A stretch of 63,963 nucleotides of DNA, filler included, from Barthelona sp. PAP020 (GCA_040182905.1; 3 parts of 3 records of this genome joined end to end with filler, not necessarily neighbours in it); one strand, 5' to 3'; counted from the whole stretch's first letter, positions 1-11,751 are shown. Program-made: numbers and translations. The notes: a model not told the origin generated them from the sequence alone.

Positions 1-1
1 G

Positions 2-100
2 AGTGTAGGTATTTCAGACAAATTGAGAATGAGACATTTTGTTGGATTACGGGGTAAACAACAATTCGTGTCGGTGGAGAATGAAATTGATTTGCAATAG
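2..100 (+). CDS. Possible 3' end of a gene truncated by the window edge (…SVGISDKLRMRHFVGLRGKQQFVSVENEIDLQ*)
   Basis: Frame 2 is open from the window start to TAG at 98-100, followed by AT-rich sequence converging on the next gene. No motif recognised. Confidence 0.3.
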   Translation, partial: SVGISDKLRMRHFVGLRGKQQFVSVENEIDLQ

Positions 101-246
101 GTGATGCAGGTTGGAACATTTTTGTATTCTCTTTGTCTGTCTATGTATTTGTAGTCTGTAAATTAAAAAGGAATTTTTTTTTTTTTGATCCTTAGAAGCA
201 CCTCAAACGTGGGTTAAATCAGGAAATAAAGAAACATCGGTGAATT

Positions 247-1956
247 TTACAATAGAAGCGAAGCCTTCAAATTTTCTAGCAGTTGTTGAGCAATTACACC
301 CTGCAAAGAGGCTTCATCACTTAAAATATTGAGGAATTGACAAAGGTCTTGTTGTTGATGGTCGAACAGTTGTTGAAAGTGTTCCTCAGCGATTTGTTCA
401 ATCCATGGCATAATGTATTCAAGATGCATACCTTTCAATCCACAAATGATCAAAATATTTGCAATTTTTCTTATATTTTCGATAGATAACACATCTAAAA
501 CAAGTCCAGTTTGACCCATTAAGGACAAAAGACTTGAAATATCTTGATTAATCTGATAGTCATTCAGTGTGACAGTATACGATTGGTTGATATCCATCGA
601 TTCGTCTAAAACGCTGAAACTATTATTCATATGAGAACTGCTCCCAAAGTTCAAGTTTAACTTTGTATTAGTTCCATCTGAGAACCTTTTAAACGTTTCT
701 TTGTCCAAATGCTGATTAAACTTCAATTCTAAATTGGTCATTCGGTTCTCAAGTAATTTCAAAGAATTTTGTGTCTCATTCATGTAATCACTCATCATAT
801 CACCTAATAGACTTAATTGCGCCATTAAATCACTCAATTTTATTGGATATTCAAATGTTTTCGTGTTTCTGCTATCAACATTAGATGTCTGAGTGTCATT
901 ATGTAAATTTTTATGTGAGTCTTCCTTACTGCTATTTCCAAAAGCTAATGTAGTTAATGAATCCAACGTTACCTTTCCTGTTGAAGAGTTTAAGGTAGGA
1001 ATATTTCTGGAAGTGGGAGTATGATTCATTGAAACTGGAGTGTTTACACTATAGACAGACAAATTAACAAAATTGTCTGTTCGACTGCTATTCATTTCCA
1101 AACCACAATACATCTCAATTACGTCAGGAATTTTTTGACGAATATTCTTAAATTTATCATGTCTCAACGGCATTAAGGCATTCAAAATATCAGTTTTAAA
1201 AGGAATAAGCAGATGTTGATAAACGTCAAAAAGTTTTTCAAAGAAAGTCACACACCCCAATCTGGCAATTCTATCACTGGATTTCAAAAATTGAATTGCT
1301 TTTCTGATGAAATAAGGCAGAAATTCAACAGTATCTTGATTGGATAAAAAAAGAAAAGATGAAATACACTCAAAAATCCCTGCAACAGAAATGAGATTGC
1401 CACTTTCAAGAAGTTTTCTTAGTTTTTGTGCCAATTTTGGAAAGGAAACTGAAAGGTGTGCTCTTTCAGAATTCTCAAAGACTGCAGCAAGACACTGATA
1501 AGAAACACTCTGTGATACTCTATTATATTGTTCGCTCAACTTAAATAACCCTTGAAAAATAGGAATATAAAGACTAGAAGGATCACCTACATCAAAAGAA
1601 GAGGGAATAATACAAAATTTCACAATACTACCAAAAACATTTACAATATGACTTTCACATCGACTCTCTTCATCTTTAATTCTTCTACACAAATAATCAA
1701 CACACTTTTTAACATGAGGTAAAAATAATTGATGACAATGTTCAATAAAATAAGAAAGAATCTTAAATCCTTCAATTCGCCCCAAAACATTTATTGAAAG
1801 ATCAATAGTAGTAAAACCATTCACAAGAATTGAAATATCTTTCGGATCATTTCTTTCATCAATAATCGATTTTAATTTATTAATAGCAATTTGAGTGGTA
1901 TCTTTATCGTTTAATTTTGCTATTAATATAATTATTTGCTGTTCAAAATCACTCAT
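247..1956 (-). CDS. TORTIFOLIA1/SPIRAL2-like microtubule-associated protein (N-terminal HEAT/TOG repeats, coiled coil, C-terminal helical domain)
   Basis: N-terminal 'KLNDKDTTQIAINKL' and 'LRHDKFKNIR' resemble TOR1 'LSDRDT..A..EL' and 'RFDKVKPVR'. A central coiled coil 'SLKLLENRMTNLE' and C-terminal 'LMGQTGLVLDVLS' (TOR1 'LMxxTGPVLDxLS') follow. Confidence 0.7.
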   Translation of the reverse strand: MSDFEQQIIILIAKLNDKDTTQIAINKLKSIIDERNDPKDISILVNGFTTIDLSINVLGRIEGFKILSYFIEHCHQLFLPHVKKCVDYLCRRIKDEESRCESHIVNVFGSIVKFCIIPSSFDVGDPSSLYIPIFQGLFKLSEQYNRVSQSVSYQCLAAVFENSERAHLSVSFPKLAQKLRKLLESGNLISVAGIFECISSFLFLSNQDTVEFLPYFIRKAIQFLKSSDRIARLGCVTFFEKLFDVYQHLLIPFKTDILNALMPLRHDKFKNIRQKIPDVIEMYCGLEMNSSRTDNFVNLSVYSVNTPVSMNHTPTSRNIPTLNSSTGKVTLDSLTTLAFGNSSKEDSHKNLHNDTQTSNVDSRNTKTFEYPIKLSDLMAQLSLLGDMMSDYMNETQNSLKLLENRMTNLELKFNQHLDKETFKRFSDGTNTKLNLNFGSSSHMNNSFSVLDESMDINQSYTVTLNDYQINQDISSLLSLMGQTGLVLDVLSIENIRKIANILIICGLKGMHLEYIMPWIEQIAEEHFQQLFDHQQQDLCQFLNILSDEASLQGVIAQQLLENLKASLLL

Positions 1957-2366
1957 TTTTTGATAAAGAAAAGCAAAAGTAAAATTAAAAAAGAATAATC
2001 TAAGTATATTCCTTAAAAATTACTTCTTTAGAACTTTACAATTAATTTGGGCAATAAAGAACAGAGGCGCTCCTTTTTTTCTGTAAAATTTTTTATTAAA
2101 CAACAAAAAGAACTTTAAAAATTCTTTTTGATCACCATATTTCACCTAATATTGATAATATTATGCTTTTAAAAGTATTAAAAAGAAAAGGAGGAAAGGA
2201 GATTTTTTCTCTTTTTTATTTCAATCAATACATTTAATATTCATATCAGTGTTATAAAAAGGTTATAAGGGCATATTTTAAAAAGAACATCAAAATTTAA
2301 AAAATTGGAAGAATTCCCAAAATAGAATCCAACTCCCTCTTTCTGATCAATTGTTTTTTTTTGTTT

Positions 2367-4115
2367 ATGAGTTATTCTGTTTGTCCACCCAACATCCAAA
2401 ATAATGTTGAGAGTGGATATTTTATATCATCAAATAATTTTTATCATACTGCACCATATTCTTATGTTGAACCTTCATTTCAACAACAACCAAACTTTTA
2501 TTGGAACCAAGAATTACAAATAGATGGAACGCCTCTTGGATCACCCTTTAAATCACCTGATGTAGAATTTTTGTCTCCCTTGGATGATTCTCCTGTTATA
2601 TCTCCAGTTGCTGATTGTTGTGCCCCTCAAACTCAGATTTCTATTCCTCAATTGATGGAAACCCAAACGAATCAAATTTTCATTGGTGAGCTTGGTTTTA
2701 ATTTCAATGATTTTTCAGATTGTGTTATTAACAAAGATTGGTTATCTATTTTTGAAAAATATAATGTTGAAACTATTTTAAAGCCAAGAACAGTTTCCGT
2801 TAATCAAGGAACTGTTTGTGCATTATTTTTAACCAACGGATTCAGTTTGAAAACCAAAGCCAATTATTTTAAGTTTGAAGAGGATTGTACTAATGCTAAA
2901 TTGAGCAAATTTAGTCTTTATATATCTTCAATATGTTGTTTTGAACGTCAGAATATGTTTTGTGGTATTCCTTATAGATCTTGCAATATTCGAATTGATC
3001 AAATGCTTGAAAAACATTCCGAATTAATTGATAATGTCTATTTTAGGAACTGGTCTTTCCCAATATTTTCTTCTCTTCCTTCGAAGATGAATAGTGTTAC
3101 AAAGAAAGGATTTTTTGTTGTTGAATTGAATATGAATGAAGAACCTCAGATGACTGATTTTGGATATGAATATCAAGTTTTTTATAAGTTTTACGGATCT
3201 ATCAAGGAAGAGTCATTGCATTTAGCAACTTTTGGAGGAAGTATTTTTTCTAATTTATGCTATAATGATTTATTTAATGAAAATGAATTATTCAGTGTTC
3301 AAAAGAATAAAAATACCATATTGAACACTTGCATTGTTTCATTACCTTCTGGTTTAAAAACAATTCATATTCTTAATCAAGGAAGTCGATTCTTTTGGAA
3401 TGACTTTCTTTTTGATTGTGAAGAAACCAAAAATTGGTTAAATTACTCTCAAAATTATGAAAGTCTAAGAAAACAATATATATTAGATACTTTGGAAAAT
3501 AAGGTTTACACTGGAACTGGAAAAACTGCAGAAATGTGTTCTTCTTTGTCTACACGTCAACGATTTTTTGAGTTAAGTCGTTGTAAAAAATTAGAATGTT
3601 TTGGTTTGATGGAAAAAAAGACAACTGGTTCAATCACAATTAATCAAGATCAAGTCTTCCCAATTTCTGCTTATACTGATTGTGTTACTAGATTAAAAGA
3701 CCACAAGAAATTCCAGTCAAAAGCTGAAGATCTGATTAATCTTATTAAATCTGATAATTTACATGGAGTCCATGGAGATGAAAATAGTTGTGTAAATGAG
3801 GTTGTTGCTTCAAATAATGAAGTCAATAATTTTATGTTGCCCACAACAACAACAATGTATGGTTATGACATGTATAATAATCAAATGTCTCAAATGTCTT
3901 TTTCATATTTTGACGATTCTCAAGCTCAAATGTCGTCCACTCCCATGTGTTTTCCTTTTATTAATCAACCTCAACAACAACCACTAACACACCAATATCA
4001 AAACCAAATGGTTATGTCTGAATCCAATTCTGTTTTTGATTCAAATATTGATATGAATGGTTGTGGTTATATGTATGATATTTATCAATTGCCCCCTTCT
4101 ATGTTTGATCTTTGA
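2367..4115 (+). CDS. Hypothetical protein with Q/S/P/M-rich termini and a globular core
   Basis: Long ORF; first ATG at 2367 (the ORF-track start is TTG). No family recognised. Confidence 0.75.
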   Translation: MSYSVCPPNIQNNVESGYFISSNNFYHTAPYSYVEPSFQQQPNFYWNQELQIDGTPLGSPFKSPDVEFLSPLDDSPVISPVADCCAPQTQISIPQLMETQTNQIFIGELGFNFNDFSDCVINKDWLSIFEKYNVETILKPRTVSVNQGTVCALFLTNGFSLKTKANYFKFEEDCTNAKLSKFSLYISSICCFERQNMFCGIPYRSCNIRIDQMLEKHSELIDNVYFRNWSFPIFSSLPSKMNSVTKKGFFVVELNMNEEPQMTDFGYEYQVFYKFYGSIKEESLHLATFGGSIFSNLCYNDLFNENELFSVQKNKNTILNTCIVSLPSGLKTIHILNQGSRFFWNDFLFDCEETKNWLNYSQNYESLRKQYILDTLENKVYTGTGKTAEMCSSLSTRQRFFELSRCKKLECFGLMEKKTTGSITINQDQVFPISAYTDCVTRLKDHKKFQSKAEDLINLIKSDNLHGVHGDENSCVNEVVASNNEVNNFMLPTTTTMYGYDMYNNQMSQMSFSYFDDSQAQMSSTPMCFPFINQPQQQPLTHQYQNQMVMSESNSVFDSNIDMNGCGYMYDIYQLPPSMFDL

Positions 4116-4697
4116 TCAACGCTTCTCTCCTATGAGATATGAAAAAATGAAAAAAAATCATTAATTTTGTTTCCCCCATTTTCTTCAAAAAACCTCAAGC
4201 AACTTTTCATTTTGTAACAATTGTTTGAGTAAGTTTGAAGTCTTTTTTGTTTATAGTTTTGTTTATAGTTATTTGTTTATAGTTTATTTTTATGTTAATA
4301 GTTTTGTGAAATAGTTTTTGTTAATAGTGCTTAAAACCCCCCACCAATTTTTTTTTTAATTCCTGTTGTTGTTTTTATAAACATTTTTCTGGTTTAATTT
4401 TTTTCTTTTTATTTATTTGAATTCAATCGCACATTTTTGAAGGTGAATAAAGATTGATTAACCCTTTTTTTATCAATTGTTTCAATGGACAAAAATTAAT
4501 ATCGATTTATGAAGTAAACAAAAAAATAATAATTTGATCATTTGATAATTAATGATGACTAATAAATGAATAAGCTGAAAAAAGAATGATCAATAAAATG
4601 CAAAAAGAAAAAAACCACAAAAAAAAAAAAATCTTTGAAGAGATTTTGAATTTCCAAGAATTGATATTGGAATAAAACAAGCGAATAATATCTTGAG

Positions 4698-7283
4698 ATG
4701 AATATACAAACAAATTGGTCAGTTCAATCTGGAAGTTTTTCTGACATATGTGTATTTGAAAGCATTTCTAATTTTGATTCCAATTTAATCATTAACACAT
4801 ATAATATTTCAAATTCAATTGCATTGAAAAGAACCTCAATAAGATTACCATCTTGTACATTAAAGATTTCCATTCCTACTTCACAATATATTGATGGAAT
4901 GTCAATTTTATGTTCTTCTACATTTATACAAGTTCATGATTCATCAAATGATAAACAATTACAAACATCTAAAGGAATAACTTTTGGAAAATCAACGAAT
5001 GCAAGTTTTTTTTTGCATCACATCAATTTGAGTGAAACCCAAGATGATAAATTATCTGCTATTGATATTAAGTTTGCTACAGGACAAAACAAAATATTGA
5101 CGATATACTGTATAACTTTGTTTTCTTTAGATTATTTAAATATTATTGTTCCTTTAGATGAGTTAGTATTGGAGGACAGAATTAAATATGATGAATACAG
5201 TAAGAAATTGAGTACAGAAGGTCATCCAAAGAAACAACAGATAATCAATTTTTTAGAAGAGACATATTCTTTTTTGGATGGAACATCTGTTGTGCATTAT
5301 AAAAATTTAGAAGAATATTTAGACAAGAAAACAGATAATTCTGGAGATAATTCTGAAACGACGACAACTACGACCAATACAAAAGTCAAATTACAGCCTT
5401 TGTTGAATCTTGGTAACCTTAACTCTAATAAACCTGTTACTACTCCAAAAAAAATGGCTAAATCTGCTAATAAGAAATATCGTCATAATTTAATGGGTTC
5501 ACCTATGATTAGAAAGTTGGTTATTGAAGCTACTGAAGCAGAAAAACGTCCAATTGCCACAAAATTAAGTCCTAAAACCAATAATAACAATATGATATCA
5601 TCTAACAAAGTAGAATCAAAAGATAAAGAAGTGAAGATTAGAATTGACTCTAAGGATGAACAAATTGGTGATTCTCCTTTGTTATTTCACACTCCAATTA
5701 TGATTTCAAATATTGATAATGAAATTCCCAGTATTTCTACTGTTTCTACTACACATTATGCAGACACAAGTATTGATGTTGATGTTGTAGATGAAGAAGA
5801 TGTTGAGAGTGAAAATGAAGAAAATGAAGAAAAAAGTGAAAAAATTAATATCAAAGAATTCAAAAAGTCATTGTTTTCAGCAAAAAATACTGAAAATACT
5901 GAAGCTAAAGGATCAACAGACATAATCACATTATCAATGGAGCAGTTAGACTTGTTGATTGATCAATTGAAATCAGCATTGTTTGATGAAACTACTTTGA
6001 GTATCATTTCAACAAAAATATCAAAAAGTTTACAACCTTCTTTTGAAGGGATGCATAGACGTCAAAGAACCACTAGTTCTCATAGTGTCACAAATTCTAG
6101 CACCAATCCTACACATACTCAAAGATTTGTAAAACACAATGGTGGTGGTGGCAGTGGAAATAATAACAGTAATAACTTTACAGTGGTTTCTTCGGTAGAT
6201 TTCGAAGAAAATTCTACTTCCCAACCTAACCCTATTCAAAACGATTATGTTTCTATTCATAAAGTCATAGATGCCATTAATACTGCAAAAGATGTTCAGC
6301 AACAACTGTTATCTACACTGAATCTCAATGAAAACATTCAATCAAACGTGAACTCAGTCTGGGATTTGCTAGTCGACAATGTTAACAAATTAACAAGCAT
6401 TTATAATCCGTATATAGACCATAGCTTCTTTTGTGATTCTCAATTACCATCTTTTTCTGGTCCTCCTTCAGTTACTGATTCAGTAATGGTTTTACCGACA
6501 ATGAGCATGGATGAGAGTCATGATAGATTGGAGAGAATATCAGAAAACGAGCATTTGGTGAAAATGAACTTCCAACCCGCGATGTTTGACATCGATATAG
6601 ATACGGCAAACACTTCAGGTGTGACTAATTCTGGACAAATTTCAAGAGATAGTTCTGCATCGTTTGAAGACATGCATCACAATGATGATAGTGAATTTCA
6701 TCCTGAAACAAAATCAACCACAACAGGACCTCATCCAGATCCCAATCAAGCAAATGTGTTAAGCCTCATTCAGCAAATGAGGCTTTTGGAACCTTCAGAT
6801 TCTGTTTCTTTGCTTGAACATCAGTCAAGATTTTTTTACATCCCGTCTAGAAGTGATAGTCCTAGTACTGCCAGTATCCATACAGTAGAAGAAGCAACGC
6901 AACCAAATCTTTCAAATGTACAGACAGGTGATCAACTGGATTCGTTCTCCAACACCTATAGTCCCAGTCATTTAATGGAACAATCGAATGATGAGCATTA
7001 TGAACCCAATGAATCTAAAGAACCTACGAAAGCCAATGATGTTGCCAATGATGTTGTTTATAATGTTAAAAATGGATACAAATTTCCAGATATTCAAAAA
7101 GAAGTGGAGAATTGGAAAGAATTAACTTTGAAAAATAAAGACTTTTCAAAAGAGATGAAACAAGAGAAAGAGTTACCCTCTTTTACTGATTATACTCCCA
7201 TTAGACCTAAGTGTGACAAATTAATGAAAAGTCTTCAAAGAAGAAAGAAAAAACTTGACATTTCAATTGATGATGGGTTATAG
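4698..7283 (+). CDS. Hypothetical protein: N-terminal beta-rich domain plus long low-complexity S/T/N/E region
   Basis: 861-codon ORF; no family recognised. Confidence 0.75.
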   Translation: MNIQTNWSVQSGSFSDICVFESISNFDSNLIINTYNISNSIALKRTSIRLPSCTLKISIPTSQYIDGMSILCSSTFIQVHDSSNDKQLQTSKGITFGKSTNASFFLHHINLSETQDDKLSAIDIKFATGQNKILTIYCITLFSLDYLNIIVPLDELVLEDRIKYDEYSKKLSTEGHPKKQQIINFLEETYSFLDGTSVVHYKNLEEYLDKKTDNSGDNSETTTTTTNTKVKLQPLLNLGNLNSNKPVTTPKKMAKSANKKYRHNLMGSPMIRKLVIEATEAEKRPIATKLSPKTNNNNMISSNKVESKDKEVKIRIDSKDEQIGDSPLLFHTPIMISNIDNEIPSISTVSTTHYADTSIDVDVVDEEDVESENEENEEKSEKINIKEFKKSLFSAKNTENTEAKGSTDIITLSMEQLDLLIDQLKSALFDETTLSIISTKISKSLQPSFEGMHRRQRTTSSHSVTNSSTNPTHTQRFVKHNGGGGSGNNNSNNFTVVSSVDFEENSTSQPNPIQNDYVSIHKVIDAINTAKDVQQQLLSTLNLNENIQSNVNSVWDLLVDNVNKLTSIYNPYIDHSFFCDSQLPSFSGPPSVTDSVMVLPTMSMDESHDRLERISENEHLVKMNFQPAMFDIDIDTANTSGVTNSGQISRDSSASFEDMHHNDDSEFHPETKSTTTGPHPDPNQANVLSLIQQMRLLEPSDSVSLLEHQSRFFYIPSRSDSPSTASIHTVEEATQPNLSNVQTGDQLDSFSNTYSPSHLMEQSNDEHYEPNESKEPTKANDVANDVVYNVKNGYKFPDIQKEVENWKELTLKNKDFSKEMKQEKELPSFTDYTPIRPKCDKLMKSLQRRKKKLDISIDDGL

Positions 7284-7605
7284 TTCAAATTAACAGTACT
7301 GATTTTGTTTTTTATTTTAGCCTTTGTTTTTTTAGTGAAAGAATAATTAAATAGTTGTATATAACAATATTATAGTCTAATTAAGTATTATAGATATAGA
7401 AAAGAATTAATACGTTAACTTTAAAATAAAAAATTTAAAAAGCACATGTTTAAAAAGAAAATTTTTTTTTTCCTCAAAACATTACAAAGATTTGTTCGAA
7501 TTAAGTGAAAACTCTTTTTGGAAAGGCTGTTTGAATTGCAAAAAGCGTACTGATAATTTTTTTGTTGAAACAAAAAATGCAGGCAAATAATTTTTCTTTG
7601 CATGA

Positions 7606-7960
7606 GTCTTCAAAAACTTTTGTAACTTGAGACTAGCGTTTCAAATGATCAGTAAACTAATAATTATTTTTTATCTTTATTCATCTTGAGTGTTTAGCGT
7701 TCCTTTTAGTAACCATTCAGTCTTTACTTTTTTATTTTAGGATCCTATGCTTTTGTAAAATTTTTGCAGTGCTATTGTTCAAAAAGCCTAAAAGCTCTGA
7801 TATTCTTAAAAGTTAAGGATAAATATATGAAACTTCTTGTGATTACCTTGTAAAGTGTCAAAAGTTTTTGGAGTAGGTAATAGCAATGTTTTGCGTCAAG
7901 GAAAAGTAGAGGAACAAAGAATTTCGATTTGGTTAAAGCAATCGTCTTGTAAACAACTCT
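7606..7960 (+). repeat. Dispersed ~360-bp non-coding repeat family 2, copy 1
   Basis: Shares ordered blocks with 20228-20440 and 49825-50192: GTCTT..AACTTT..AACTTGAGA; TGATCAGT; ATTGTTCAAAA.GC...AAGGCT.TGATATTCTT; CGT..AGGAAAAG; TGT.AACA.CTCT. Confidence 0.7.
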
Positions 7961-8199
7961 CTTTTTTATTTATTTTTGTTTATTTTCAACTACAATACTC
8001 CTTTAAATAAAAAACCTAAAACACATATCTTCTGAAGCTTCTTCTTAAATTGTCTTACTAATTATCCAAAGATGGACAAGAATAAAAAACTTCAACTAAA
8101 ATAATAAATGACTACATTTACAAACATCCCAAACAGCCACTGATTAACACTGTTGAAAGTTTATTATGGTAAAAATTCATCCGAGCATAACTGAGAAAT

Positions 8200-9160
8200 G
8201 AATCACACACAATTAGTTGTAATATGGCACCTGAAGTTTAACAATTGAAGAATAACGTTTGGCTAACAACATGCACATTTCTAAAACACATCAGCCCCAT
8301 AATCCAACAACATTTTGTCAACAACAAGATAACTACAGTGAAAACTGATATACAATAAAGAAGAGCCAACATTTTTGCAAAAGTTGATATCAACCTCAAA
8401 ATCCAACAGACTCTTAACAATAACATGGTACTAATAGGATGAAGCTTCCCAAAATAAATACTTTTCACCTTTTGTCAAGCTTTTATCCATTTTCTATGAA
8501 CATTATGTAATATTACCTCTGTCTAAAGAATTATCTGAAACCACAACTTCATAAATATGTGTTTCATACATGAAATTCAACTTTTTTCTTCTGCGTTATT
8601 TGAGCTTCTTTGAGTTCCTCAAATTTGTCATCTATTTTACCAAAAATTATATCAGAAATAGATTCTGGATTATATTTTTTAAAGTTTTGAGTGTGTTGAA
8701 TCCACTCTTTTTCCAAAGCGTTAATTTTTTGATAAATTTTAATGATTTCCTTCAAATTTTCAATTCCATTCAAAGTTTCCCTGCATTTTTCTGTATCTAA
8801 AAACTTATTCACAATACAATAAAAGCTTTCATAAACATTCTTCAAACTATCAAACAACCAATAAAAATGTATTATCCTTTCAAAATTCCTACTTTCTATA
8901 ATTACTACTTTTGCAATGCTAGTGACAAAAAAAACGATTCTGAAATGCACCAAGTAAGTAATTTCAGGAATTTCAGAAGTTTTTAAGAAACTGGTGCCCT
9001 TCAACACTGAGTCGACACATTCCACAAAAACTTAACTACTGTTTTCAATAATATCGTTATTTACTCTCAAAAAAAGCATGAAATCTTCAACTTTTGTGGA
9101 GATGAAACTCTTTAAATTCTTAAATGAAAAATTGGTCATATCAAAAGCATGACACAGAGG
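8200..9160 (-). pseudogene. Decayed downstream part of a kinase-ankyrin paralog: second helical domain followed by a disrupted ankyrin module
   Basis: ORF 8564-9025 (…FRIVFFVTSIAK…IVNKFLDTEKCRETLNG.ENLKEI) aligns with the second helical domain of 12778-16647. 8250-8560 translates as 'YEVVVSDN…WIKA*…LFWEASSY*YHVIVKSLLDFEVDINFCKNVG', a stop-containing copy of the first ankyrin repeats. Confidence 0.75.
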
Positions 9161-9164
9161 ATTG

Positions 9165-11042
9165 TTAGCACTCAGAATTATTATTGGCACCATAACTCAA
9201 GAGCATATTAGCAATATCAAGTTGATCATTAAGTTGACTAACAAGAAGTGGAGAAAATCCATCATAAGTACATTTATTGACATGAGCTCCTTTGTCCAAA
9301 AGCATTCTAACCACATCTTTATGCCCATTTTTACAGGCAGTAAACAATGAAGAAGCACCAGTATTCTTACAAAAATTGATGTCAACCCCAAAATCCAACA
9401 ATATCTCAACAATATCAATGTGCCCACAAGAAGAAGCCTCCCAAAGAACGGTTTCGCCCTCATTTCCAGCCTTGATCCATTGTTTAACAAATTCCAATTT
9501 TCCATCACGCACACTATGATATATCGTATCTGTATTGCAATATTCGGAAAAATTATCTGGAACAATAACTTCATATAATCTATGTTTCACATAAGAATCA
9601 CAAATAGCGGACTCAAGTCTTTTCTTTTCTTCCTCGTTATTTTCATCCAAATTATGTTTCTTAAAATAATCACAAACAAGGAGAGAAACACATTTTTTCA
9701 AGTCAGCAATCAACCCATCGAGATACTCAACTATTTCTGAAAACATTGGTCTTTCATCGGGATCAAATTTAAAACAACGAGACATAAACTTATATCCAAT
9801 GGCTAATTCTAATTCTTCACTTTTGAAAGGCAATTCTTTGTTAACTAATTTTATAGGAATTGTTAAACAATTAGAAATTCCTTGAAAAGGCTTAATCATT
9901 GTCATCACTTCAAAGTAAGTTGTTGCAAAAGCCCAACAATCAATGCCAGGATGAGCAAAAATAACATTTTTTGTCAATTCAGGAGGCATATAACAAATGG
10001 TTCCACCGTTAGATAACCTACTATTTCTTACAAAAGAATGAACATGACCAAAATCACAAAGAGCAACAGTTCCATCGATTCTGATCAAAACATTGTCAGG
10101 TTTGACATCAAGATGAATTACACCATTTATATGATAAAACTCAAGTGCAAAACCCAATTGTATCATACTAATCAACTTCTCAAGAACATTCATTTCATGC
10201 ATTTTTCCTCTCAATGTATATGGACAATATTCCATCACAATTCCCCAATTTGTCCCAGATAAATTTTTGCATGTTATACCATACACATTACAAATAAATC
10301 GATGACGAAATTTTGCTCTAATACATTCATCTGTTACTTGCTCTTTCGTTGAATCATTCATTATCTTTACAGCAACATCAGCGTATTGATACTGTCCTAA
10401 ATAAACTTTACCAAAATGACCCTCTCCTAATACTTTTGAAGTACTTAACAACTCAAAATCTAAACAAGGAAGGTCTTTGGTCCTTTGCGAATTTTGTTTC
10501 GAATATAGAATTTCACCTATCTTGTCTGTGTGTGTTTTTATTGACGCAGAAATATCATCAGGAAGTGTTGAAATTGAGATAGATAGTCGGCAGAATATGC
10601 CAGTTAACTCCTTGTTTAGATCATCAAACTTGTTGTGCAAACAACTTAAATTCTCCAAATCATCACTTTCAATCTCAGCTTTACCAAACAAATTGGAAAT
10701 TAATATGTTCCGAATTGTTTCTTTAGCTGTTTCACAACATTCGGAAAAATAATCCAAATTCTCTTGAAATTTACAATCATTCCAATTTTTCGACGATTCT
10801 TCAAAACTGCCAAAAAACCAAAGTATTCTAAAATATAACACAAAAGTTTCTGTTTGCACCTTTCCTATGCTACCAAATCCAATTTTAAGCTCTTCTGCTA
10901 ACTCTAAAATCGATGAATTGTATTTAGAAAGAGATTCAAAGATAGAATTAAAATCTACTTTTTTAAGGAACTCTTGAAACTCCTGAAAATTATTGAATGT
11001 TTTCAAAAGTGAATCTTGGTACTTTTTCAAATCATCCACCAT
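9165..11042 (-). CDS. MLKL/HeLo-like helical domain + protein kinase + ankyrin repeats (paralog A)
   Basis: Kinase motifs GEGHFGKV, VAVK, HLDVKPDN, DFG, GTICYMPPE are intact, and there are ~4 ankyrin repeats (GHIDIVEILLDFGVDIN). The N-terminal ~160 aa are helical and paralogous to the N-termini at 16647, 18398 and 42092. Confidence 0.9.
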   Translation of the reverse strand: MVDDLKKYQDSLLKTFNNFQEFQEFLKKVDFNSIFESLSKYNSSILELAEELKIGFGSIGKVQTETFVLYFRILWFFGSFEESSKNWNDCKFQENLDYFSECCETAKETIRNILISNLFGKAEIESDDLENLSCLHNKFDDLNKELTGIFCRLSISISTLPDDISASIKTHTDKIGEILYSKQNSQRTKDLPCLDFELLSTSKVLGEGHFGKVYLGQYQYADVAVKIMNDSTKEQVTDECIRAKFRHRFICNVYGITCKNLSGTNWGIVMEYCPYTLRGKMHEMNVLEKLISMIQLGFALEFYHINGVIHLDVKPDNVLIRIDGTVALCDFGHVHSFVRNSRLSNGGTICYMPPELTKNVIFAHPGIDCWAFATTYFEVMTMIKPFQGISNCLTIPIKLVNKELPFKSEELELAIGYKFMSRCFKFDPDERPMFSEIVEYLDGLIADLKKCVSLLVCDYFKKHNLDENNEEEKKRLESAICDSYVKHRLYEVIVPDNFSEYCNTDTIYHSVRDGKLEFVKQWIKAGNEGETVLWEASSCGHIDIVEILLDFGVDINFCKNTGASSLFTACKNGHKDVVRMLLDKGAHVNKCTYDGFSPLLVSQLNDQLDIANMLLSYGANNNSEC

Positions 11043-11751
11043 TCAAAAAATGACAAAAAAAATAAAATGTAAAGATTTTACAAACATTTTCATAAAGAAG
11101 ACATGAATAACCCACATATAGGACAGTAGTTAAGATACAAGCATTACTCGGAGAGTTCAACAAAAGTCGAAGAAACTTCAGATAAGACCTCAAACATAGA
11201 GATGATATAAACAAGAACAATTGTTTGCTTCAAGAATCCTGAATTTGATCCTTTAGGTCACATTCTTTTTTTTAGGCATGAACATCCCAAATCTTCGTCA
11301 TCAAAAAACTTCTAACTATACCAAACTCAACGTAATGAGTTAACATAAAAATAAAAGTCTTTTAAATTTCTGAAAAAGGCTTTCTTTCTGGTTCAAAAGA
11401 ATCAAAATCTTTACATGTATCAACCGGTTAACAAAGATTTCCTTCAATTACAACCATTATTCTTATTCTTTATTAAAACCATTGAAACAATAAAAAATGC
11501 AGAAAGAGAAATTTCTGCAAAAAAATAAACATTCAAAAAGATTGTCAACAGAAAAAGAAGAATCTCAAAGCATATTCTTATTCAACAAAGATATTACGCA
11601 ATTATCACCAGATTTTCCGTTATTTTTCTTGTAATAATAAAACATGAACTTTACAACTCTATGGTTTGAGAGAAAAGAATCAACCCATGAAAGAAACGAC
11701 TAGATGTAAGGGAACCCCCACGGCTCTCAAAATTAAAAAAAAAAAGAGAAC

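Noticed and set aside
11230..11620. Further decayed kinase C-lobe upstream of paralog A (…RKPFSEI-like)
   Set aside because: Similarity is too faint to support by eye.
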